The position numbers were made by a program, and so were the translations under genes. This document shows positions 1-7,335 of a stretch of 64,000 nucleotides of DNA, in pieces. The notes below the pieces were generated by a model. The model searched no databases. It was not told the origin of the DNA and saw only the letters and a program-made list of their open reading frames with translations. Each line of letters begins with the position of its first letter. Positions within the stretch are counted from its first letter, which is position 1. The stretch covers positions 47,337 to 111,336 of the forward strand of contig JBQTHB010000005.1 in the NCBI GenBank assembly GCA_052390235.1. Reading direction: 5' to 3'. This stretch comes from Deltaproteobacteria bacterium (GTDB lineage Bacteria; Desulfobacterota_D; UBA1144; Nemesobacterales; CSP1-2).

Positions 1-2
1 TT

Positions 3-1331
3 AACCAAACCGTGAGCTGTTTCGGTCCTGCCGCTCCCACGACAACGGGGGTTGTAAATAGGCTTCTTCCGGGGTCTCCCGTGGCTCAGGGCCCCACAAA
101 TCAAATCATTAACGGCTCGAACGGGGTTCAGGTGTTCGCGGGACTGCGCGAGGACCCGTTTGTTACCGACGCCTCGCAGCTCGTCTCCAGAATTATTGGA
201 GCTGGGGGAGTCGTGGCGAATCAGGACGTTGCCCGTGAGTTCACCTCGCCCGCGCTTGGATTCCTGCGCGGACGCCCAATTAGAGAGGATGGGACAAGCG
301 GCGTGGACACATTCGGCGGATTCAACGCAAGCTCGATTATCGTATCATTCCCGAAGAATTTAGTGCGCGGTCCCGGATTTTTCGGTATTCCCGGGCTAAT
401 TTCATTCTGGGGAACCGTTAACACCCCTGTTGCCGGCTCACCCGGAGATTTTACGCAGGTAGAGAGATTTGGACAGCAACTCGTAGCCACGGTATTCGTT
501 CCGGGCCCGATGCGAAACGCCTTTAACGCGGCAATACCGCAGAACGATATGGCGGCGTTCGGCAACCTAATCCCCGGCACCCTCACCACGACCGACAACG
601 ACGGCACGGGTAATACTATCGCTGGCAGAGCGGCTCTGCTCGACGCCGTAGGGGTTACGGCTCTTCCCAACGGCGCCCCGCTCCTCCTGCCCCCTTCGTT
701 TAATAACACAAACCCGAACCTTCTGAGGATTGCCCTGCTTCCAGATGTGGGAAGGCTCGACTTAGACCGCGCCCCAGAGGATTTTGCTATTGGAGCGTTT
801 GGGCTTCAGAACGGGCGCACCCCTCAGTTTGATGTTACGGACGTACTGCTGAGGCTTGCCAGACAGCTCGCCGATATTAAATTCCCGGACGGCGCTGGAG
901 TTCCGGGGAGCGGCCCGCTTGGAACTAGGGCGGCTCTGAACTGCTCAGATTTGGCTACGTTCCCGCAGTGTACGGATAGGAGAATATTAGCCGTGCTTCA
1001 GGGGACGGATTTTATTGAAGCCGACGATAGAGTGGCAGACGTATCCGACAGCGGGAACATTGTGGAGTTTCCGAGCGTTACAGGCGGAACAACGGCTCTA
1101 TTCGCCGAGACTGTGTTTCCGTTCTTCGGAGCGCCGAACGCTCTACCGGGAGATCTGGGAACGTCAAACTTCCCGCGCCAGACAAACGACGTGTTTGATG
1201 TTTTCATCAGCGATGGTGACGGATGCTCGCTTGCCGCATCGGGAAAGGGAAACATGAGCGGCATTGGGCTTATGCTACTTGCGCCGGTGGTTTATGTGTT
1301 TGTGAGAAGGCTTAGGAAAAAAAATAAATAA
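3..1331 (+). CDS. DUF4331-family secreted/surface protein with Cys-containing C-terminal sorting tail (5' end outside window)
   Basis: Frame is open from the window start and aligns with the 1465..3135 paralogue (FNQTVSC, FAGLREDPF, QVERFGQ, NGR). C-terminus is GDGCSLA + hydrophobic helix + RRLRKK. Confidence 0.8.
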   Translation, partial: NQTVSCFGPAAPTTTGVVNRLLPGSPVAQGPTNQIINGSNGVQVFAGLREDPFVTDASQLVSRIIGAGGVVANQDVAREFTSPALGFLRGRPIREDGTSGVDTFGGFNASSIIVSFPKNLVRGPGFFGIPGLISFWGTVNTPVAGSPGDFTQVERFGQQLVATVFVPGPMRNAFNAAIPQNDMAAFGNLIPGTLTTTDNDGTGNTIAGRAALLDAVGVTALPNGAPLLLPPSFNNTNPNLLRIALLPDVGRLDLDRAPEDFAIGAFGLQNGRTPQFDVTDVLLRLARQLADIKFPDGAGVPGSGPLGTRAALNCSDLATFPQCTDRRILAVLQGTDFIEADDRVADVSDSGNIVEFPSVTGGTTALFAETVFPFFGAPNALPGDLGTSNFPRQTNDVFDVFISDGDGCSLAASGKGNMSGIGLMLLAPVVYVFVRRLRKKNK

Positions 1332-1359
1332 TCCACGTATGTAATGGCTAGTTATCCAA

Positions 1360-1395
1360 ACAGGGCGACGAAAAACATCGCTCTGTCTTTTTTTT
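1360..1395 (+). terminator. Intrinsic terminator after first DUF4331 gene
   Basis: ACAGGGCGA...TCGCTCTGT stem followed by a T8 run. Confidence 0.6.
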
Positions 1396-1464
1396 ATGTT
1401 AATCTGCCGCCGCCAATCTATCGTATAGGTATATACAAAACATAACAAGAGGAGGGAAACACCA

Positions 1465-3135
1465 ATGAGTAGATATAAATTGCTCGGCTCGGCTCTAGCG
1501 ATTTTATTCGTCGCTTCAGTCAGCATATCAACGCTGTGGACTGCGTCGCCCGCGAACGCCGCAGACCACAGAGAGGCTCCAGTTATAAACTTTGAGCCGG
1601 CTTTAGACATTAACGATACATACGCATTTTTAAGCCCCGACGGGCAGAGACTCGTGCTAGCAAGCACTCTTAACCCGTTTTCAGTGCCTGCCGTAACCTC
1701 GACTTACGGCTTCAATAGACAGGCGCTCTATCAGTTTAAAATTGACAACAGCGGAGACGGCGTAGAGGACTTCGTAGTGCAGTGCGTTTTCAGCGGCGGC
1801 GCCGGGGCGTTTAACCAAACCGTGAGCTGTTACGGTCCTACCCCCCCCCCCACGACAGGGGCTATAAACCAGCTTCTCTCCGGCTCTCCGACGGCTCAGG
1901 GACCTGTGAATCAAATCATTAACGGCTCGAACGGGGTTCAGGTATTCGCGGGACTGCGGGATGACCCGTTTGTTACAGACGCCTCACAGCTCGTCTCCAA
2001 TATCCTAGGCTCAAGCAGCGCCCCAATTACCTCGGACGTTACCCGTGAATTCACCTCGCCGGCACTTGGGTTTCTGCGCGGACGCCCAATTAGAGAGGAC
2101 GGCAGAAGCGGCGTGGACACCTTCGGCGGATTCAATACAAGCACGATTATCGTATCATTCCCGAAGAATTTAGTGCGCGGTCCCGGATTTTTCGGTATTC
2201 CCGGGCTACTAGGGTTTTGGGGTACGGCAAGCAGGTCAATTCCCAACACGGCGAATTTCGTTCAAGTTGAGAGATTCGGACAGCAACTCGTTGCCACGGT
2301 TTTCGTCCCAAGCGCCATGAGAGATACATTCAACGCGGCAATACCGCAGAATGACATGGCGGCTTTTTCAAATTTAATTCCTGACGCGCTGACCACGACC
2401 GACAGCGACGGCACGGGCAACACCATCGCTGGCAGAGCGGCTCTGCTCGACGCCATAGGGGTTACGGCTCTTCCCAACGGCGCGCCCCTACTCCTGCCCC
2501 CTTCGTTTAACAACACAAACCCGAACCTTCTGAGGATTGCCCTGCTTCCAGATGTGGGAAGGCTCGACTTAGACCGCGCCCCAGAGGATTTTGCCATTGG
2601 AGCGTTTGGGCTTCAGAACGGGCGCATCCCTCAGTTTGATGTTACGGACGTATTGCTGAGGCTTGCCAGACAGCTTGCCGATGTCAAATTTCCGGACGGC
2701 GCTGGAGTTCCGGGGAGCGGCCCGCTTGGAACTAGGGCGGCTCTGAACTGCTCAGATTTGGCTACGTTCCCGCAGTGTACGGATAGGAGAGTGTTAGCCG
2801 TGCTTCAGGGGACGGATTTTATTGAAGCCGACGATAGAGTGGCAGACGTATCCAATAGCGGGAATGACGCGGAGTTTCCGAGCGTTACAGGCGGAACAAC
2901 GGCTCTATTTACCGAGACTGTGTTTCCGTTCTTCGGAGCGCCGAACCCGATACCGGGAGCGCCGGGAACGAGAAATTTCGCCCTCCAGACAAACGACGTG
3001 TTTGACGTTTTCATCAGCGATGGTGACGGATGCTCGCTTGCCGCATCGGGAAAGGGAAACATGAGCGGCGTGGCTTTGATGTTGCTCGCGCCGGTGGTCT
3101 ATGTGTTTGTGAGAAGGCTTAGGAAAAAAAGCTGA
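1465..3135 (+). CDS. DUF4331-family protein with signal peptide and Cys-type C-terminal sorting tail
   Basis: SD GAGGAGG; signal peptide ending ANA; ADHREAP and DINDTYAF motifs typical of DUF4331; C-terminal GCSL-TM-basic tail. Confidence 0.85.
   Translation: MSRYKLLGSALAILFVASVSISTLWTASPANAADHREAPVINFEPALDINDTYAFLSPDGQRLVLASTLNPFSVPAVTSTYGFNRQALYQFKIDNSGDGVEDFVVQCVFSGGAGAFNQTVSCYGPTPPPTTGAINQLLSGSPTAQGPVNQIINGSNGVQVFAGLRDDPFVTDASQLVSNILGSSSAPITSDVTREFTSPALGFLRGRPIREDGRSGVDTFGGFNTSTIIVSFPKNLVRGPGFFGIPGLLGFWGTASRSIPNTANFVQVERFGQQLVATVFVPSAMRDTFNAAIPQNDMAAFSNLIPDALTTTDSDGTGNTIAGRAALLDAIGVTALPNGAPLLLPPSFNNTNPNLLRIALLPDVGRLDLDRAPEDFAIGAFGLQNGRIPQFDVTDVLLRLARQLADVKFPDGAGVPGSGPLGTRAALNCSDLATFPQCTDRRVLAVLQGTDFIEADDRVADVSNSGNDAEFPSVTGGTTALFTETVFPFFGAPNPIPGAPGTRNFALQTNDVFDVFISDGDGCSLAASGKGNMSGVALMLLAPVVYVFVRRLRKKS
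1841..1851 (+). repeat. C11 homopolymer within coding region
   Basis: ccta CCCCCCCCCCC acg; absent from the homologous site in the upstream paralogue. Confidence 0.9.
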
Positions 3136-3171
3136 CCTTAGAAATTGACGAATAACTGAACCTCCTTCGGT

Positions 3172-3209
3172 GGGGGGGTATGGCGTTTCAGTCATTCCCC
3201 CCTTTTTTT
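3172..3209 (+). terminator. Intrinsic terminator
   Basis: GGGGGG.ATGGC...GTCAT.CCCCCC followed by T7. Confidence 0.75.
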
Positions 3210-3294
3210 ATTGTAACAATCCCCTCAGTACCCGATATTTCATCGCGCGAAATGGTATAATTTTCATAATCCATCCAATACAGGTCATGAGTAA

Positions 3295-4611
3295 TTGAAA
3301 AAACTAATCCTCGCCTCAGCCGTTCTTTGCGCCGCATTTACAATTGCCTGCTCCGAGTCCCCGTCTAAGAAGGAGGGCAACATCGAGACGAAATCCGATA
3401 TTTCAGCCCCGAAAACTGAGGAGACGAATATCGAGACGGACACTATTATTAAATTTTATCTGAACAGGATAAAAGTTGACCCAAACGACTACTTTAACTA
3501 CAACAAACTCGGCGAAGTGTATATCCAAAAAGCCAGAGAAACCGGAGATATATCCTACTACGACACCGCCGAGGCTTCGTTTAAAGAGGCTCTCGCGCTC
3601 TTTCCCGACAACTACTTTGCAAACGTCTATTTGGGGCAAATCAAAATATCCAAGCACGATTTCGCCGCCGCCCTCCCATTTGCCCGAAAATCCATAGAGT
3701 TAAAGCCTGAAGATAGCTACGGATACGGGATTCTGGGGGACGTTCATATTAACCTTGGGCAGTACGGCGAGGCTAAGGCGGCTTATGAGAAAATGGCGAG
3801 CATCCAGCAGAACTACAATTCGCTGATACGGCTCTCGCATATAAATGAGCTGTACGGCAGGGCGGATGAAGCCGTCCGATACATGAGCCAAGCCGCAGAA
3901 CAAGGGGCAATACAGGCTCTCACAAGAGAATACAGGGCGTGGGTGGAGTACGCGCTCGGGGAGCTTTATTTCAACTCAGGGCGGCTTAAAGAGGCCGAAG
4001 AGCGGTATAAATCCTCTCTGGCGATACAGCAGAGATATCATTACGCCCTCTCGGGGCTTGCCAAAGTGAGAGCCACCGAGGGAAATTACACAGAGGCTAT
4101 TGAGCTATATAAAGAGGCAATTGATGTCGTGCCGCTCCCCCTGTTTGCCGCCTCGCTGGGAGATGTGTATAAAAAATCCGGCAATGCGAACGAGGCGCAA
4201 AAGCAATATGACCTCGTCGAGTACATCGGGCTTCTGAGCAAAGTCAATGAGGTTCTCTACAACAGGGAGCTTGCCCTCTTTTACGCCGACCACGACATAA
4301 AACTGGATGAGGCGCTAAGCCTTGCCGAGAGGGAACTGGAAGCGAGACGGGACATCTACACCTACGACACGCTGGCTTGGGTTTTGTACAAAAATGGCAA
4401 ATTCAAAGAAGCCCTCTCGCACTCTAACGAAGCGCTGAAATTGGGCACTAAAGACGCCTCGCTGTATTTCCACGCCGGCATGATAAATCTGAGGCTCGGC
4501 AACGCGGCTGGAGCGCAGGAGCTTCTCAAGCGCGCCCTTGCCATTAATCCCCACTTTCATATCATCCACTCGGAAGAGGCAAAGAACGCCCTAAGAGAAC
4601 TTAGCAAATGA
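3295..4611 (+). CDS. Tetratricopeptide-repeat lipoprotein (DUF4331-associated type)
   Basis: Lipobox-like FTIAC, multiple TPR helices, DTLAWVLYKNG motif; extended -10 TGgTATAAT at 3253-3261. Confidence 0.85.
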   Translation: MKKLILASAVLCAAFTIACSESPSKKEGNIETKSDISAPKTEETNIETDTIIKFYLNRIKVDPNDYFNYNKLGEVYIQKARETGDISYYDTAEASFKEALALFPDNYFANVYLGQIKISKHDFAAALPFARKSIELKPEDSYGYGILGDVHINLGQYGEAKAAYEKMASIQQNYNSLIRLSHINELYGRADEAVRYMSQAAEQGAIQALTREYRAWVEYALGELYFNSGRLKEAEERYKSSLAIQQRYHYALSGLAKVRATEGNYTEAIELYKEAIDVVPLPLFAASLGDVYKKSGNANEAQKQYDLVEYIGLLSKVNEVLYNRELALFYADHDIKLDEALSLAERELEARRDIYTYDTLAWVLYKNGKFKEALSHSNEALKLGTKDASLYFHAGMINLRLGNAAGAQELLKRALAINPHFHIIHSEEAKNALRELSK

Positions 4612-4656
4612 AGGATGCGCCTCCCCAGCCTCTCACGATTTCCCGCCCCGCCCGAC

Positions 4657-6321
4657 CTATTTGCGTCTGAGTAAATCCTTAATGGACTTGTCCCCTTCGA
4701 TGCCGGCAAGCTCAGGGTCTCGTTTGTGATATATATGGCAGAGGCCGCAGTCAGTTTTCGCCAGAGCGTTGGTTTTAACGTTCGGATTATCGGCGTGGCA
4801 GGACTGGCAGGTCTGAATCGAGGGCATAATAACGTCCGTCGTCTCTTCGCTTGACCTAGCTTCGGCATGGCAAGAATCGCAGGTAAGCCCAAGGGTCTCG
4901 GAGTGCAGGGAGTGGTTAAAGACGCTGTGCGGAAGCCACCTTACCGGAATATTCGGCTCGACTAGCTGAGGCGTATTCGGCTCGGATTCGTCTATTGTGT
5001 GGCACTCGCGGCACTTTTTCATGACAAATAGGAGCTTCTCAGACTCCTCAACCCTCTGCGACACCCACTTGGCGGGACCCTTGGTTACGTCTCCGCCCAA
5101 TCCGAGCCTGCCCAGATTATTTATCGCGTACTCGGAATACGCCTTCCTCACGAAATCCCGCACCACGTCCATAGTCTCATGAGGGGCGGCGAGCTTTCCG
5201 AAGCGCGGGTCAAATTCGAGCGTGTGGCATCTCTTGCAGTCTCTTTCATATTCTATCGCAAGGACGTATTTCCCCTGCGCGTCCATCTGATGACAGCTCT
5301 CGCACCGGAGGGTTTCCGGGCCATCCGGGCCTCTTAAATCCGCCTCAAGATGGAGCTTGTGGTTGAGCTTAATCGGAGTGGTGTCAACGACGCCCTCTTC
5401 GTTTAGCCTCACTCTGACCATCTTTTTCTCGTCCTCGGGGGAATTCGTATCCCTGATGGGGCGCACCATAACGGCAAACTCAGGATGTCCCTTGGTGAAG
5501 GCATCAATCTGAGTCGCATAAGTCGTGGACGGGGTATCGCCCTCGACCTCAAGCTCGGCATGGCACTCAGTGCAGGAGGTATTGGTAATTTTAGATAATA
5601 GCGCCTCCCGCTGATGCTCAAAATGGCACTCGACGCAGTTTGGCGTGTAAGGCTCGTTCTGATTATGCGCAAGAGTGGCGCTGTGGCAGTCCATACAACT
5701 CTCGTCGGGAACTATGTCCCATGCGACGGTATGGCATCTGGCGCAGTCGTTATTAAACTGGCTATGAGCGTCGGAGACCTTCCCCGGCGAATACGGGGCT
5801 TTATCCTCCCCGAAAGTCCACATTCCAATCCACGCGCTGATAAGGACAATGCAAAGAACGCTGAGCTTGGATTTAGTGAAAAGCCCCTCGGAAATCCTAA
5901 ATTTAGAGACGTAGCGGATTTTTTCTTCTTTTTTCTTTTTGGACGGCTCTCCCTTGTCGGCTTGCTCCTCGTCGGTGTGGGTAATTAATAAGCCGGCTGG
6001 GTTTTCGGGCGAGGCGGGCAGGGAAAATTCAATTATATAGGAAGATATTTTTATCTTATCTCTATCCGAGAGCTGACCGCGGCCCGAGAGTGGCTTTTCA
6101 TTCACATAAGCCCCGTCGTCCCCCAAGATGTTTAACCAATAGACGCCGTCCGAGGCTCTCTCAATAAAGGCGTGCTTCGTAGCCACTCCCGGAGCGTCGA
6201 GCTGTATCTCGTTACCCGCTCCCGTTCCGATGTTGACCCTAGTTCCCGCCACCTGAGACCTGCGAGTCTCCTCCGCCGCCGCCTCGCTGATATAGCGCTT
6301 TATTATGATGTTAAATGACAT
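4657..6321 (-). CDS. FHA-domain, membrane-anchored decaheme cytochrome c (cytochrome c3-like)
   Basis: N-terminal FHA-like segment (IGTGAGNEIQL..VATKHA..GAYVN), one TM helix, 10 CxxCH motifs (CARCH, CMDCH, CVECH, CTECH, CESCH, CKRCH, CRECH, CDSCH, CQSCH, CGLCH). Start at 6321 chosen for the GGAG SD; the ORF extends to 6369. Confidence 0.85.
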   Translation of the reverse strand: MSFNIIIKRYISEAAAEETRRSQVAGTRVNIGTGAGNEIQLDAPGVATKHAFIERASDGVYWLNILGDDGAYVNEKPLSGRGQLSDRDKIKISSYIIEFSLPASPENPAGLLITHTDEEQADKGEPSKKKKEEKIRYVSKFRISEGLFTKSKLSVLCIVLISAWIGMWTFGEDKAPYSPGKVSDAHSQFNNDCARCHTVAWDIVPDESCMDCHSATLAHNQNEPYTPNCVECHFEHQREALLSKITNTSCTECHAELEVEGDTPSTTYATQIDAFTKGHPEFAVMVRPIRDTNSPEDEKKMVRVRLNEEGVVDTTPIKLNHKLHLEADLRGPDGPETLRCESCHQMDAQGKYVLAIEYERDCKRCHTLEFDPRFGKLAAPHETMDVVRDFVRKAYSEYAINNLGRLGLGGDVTKGPAKWVSQRVEESEKLLFVMKKCRECHTIDESEPNTPQLVEPNIPVRWLPHSVFNHSLHSETLGLTCDSCHAEARSSEETTDVIMPSIQTCQSCHADNPNVKTNALAKTDCGLCHIYHKRDPELAGIEGDKSIKDLLRRK

Positions 6322-6437
6322 GGCACTCTCGCTCTCCGAAGGGGTATTTAGCAACAAACGAGACATCACAGGGGGAAGTATTTAGCCCCCAAGCCGCCCG
6401 ACGAAAATCACTCTCTCTTCTAACCAGACAAACACGC

Positions 6438-7307
6438 TTAATCGGGTAAAAACATCCTATAGCTATTGTAGTAGAGCATGGAAACAATATGCGCCGTAAG
6501 GGCTATTAACATCGCAAACGAAACCGGCAGATGAATGTGAAGCCACGCCTCAAGCAGGTTTTTAATCCGCATCTGCGACACAAAACGCTTCTGAAGCTCG
6601 GCTTTTTGGAGATATGCCACGGCGAGGCGCTGATAGTCCTCCCTCTCGGCTTCAGGAATAGAGGTTAAGTCCTTCTGGAGCCGATTCATGTACTCGGATT
6701 CCGATATTCCGCTTTTGTATGAGCCGAAGACAAGCCCCCAGCCTGAGCGCCCCTTGGGTAGCCCGTAGGATATTGCCTCCTCGGCTTTTTGGGCGAAGAG
6801 CGCGGATTTACCCTTTGCCAGTGCCCTCATCTGCCCGATGAGCTTGTTGATTTCATCGTCGAATTTATCATATAAAAGCTCGCCCCCCTGCTTGGTGAAT
6901 CTTATCGGGAAATTGACATAGAAATAGCCGCCGAAAATCCCGCTTATGACCACCACAGCCATCAATGCAAATGCGAGCGTGTGAACATTTAAATCAAACT
7001 TGAACCCCGCGTGCATCGGAACAATCAGCAGGGTCAAAACCCCGATATAGATATGAAAGCTGAGCCACCCTTTGAGAGTTCCCACGTTTCCCACGTATTT
7101 GCGCTTTCTAATGCCGTAGTACATGAGGAGCAGTATCGCCGCCAGCCCCAGAATCCCGTACAGCAGTCCCATTGGCGTCGCCCCACTGGGGTTCGGCTCG
7201 TTTTGAGCGTACACAATGTAGGAGACAATTAGGACGATGAAGCTCAGAAACGTAATTTTAAACCAGAAGCTCCCATTATAGTTCAGTATATTTTCGTTTT
7301 CTCTCAT
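6438..7307 (-). CDS. Polytopic membrane protein with conserved His, probable heme-b (ferric-reductase-like) subunit
   Basis: About 5 TM helices; WLSFHIYIG, PMHAGF, WLHIHLP and TAHIV place His residues in or near TM segments. Confidence 0.65.
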   Translation of the reverse strand: MRENENILNYNGSFWFKITFLSFIVLIVSYIVYAQNEPNPSGATPMGLLYGILGLAAILLLMYYGIRKRKYVGNVGTLKGWLSFHIYIGVLTLLIVPMHAGFKFDLNVHTLAFALMAVVVISGIFGGYFYVNFPIRFTKQGGELLYDKFDDEINKLIGQMRALAKGKSALFAQKAEEAISYGLPKGRSGWGLVFGSYKSGISESEYMNRLQKDLTSIPEAEREDYQRLAVAYLQKAELQKRFVSQMRIKNLLEAWLHIHLPVSFAMLIALTAHIVSMLYYNSYRMFLPD

Positions 7308-7335
7308 CGTGGCGTCTCTCTAGGAACTTGGGAAT

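Noticed and set aside
1397-1428. ECF-like promoter (TAATC...TCGTA) ahead of second DUF4331 gene
   Set aside because: Single instance with no second copy in the window to support a motif.
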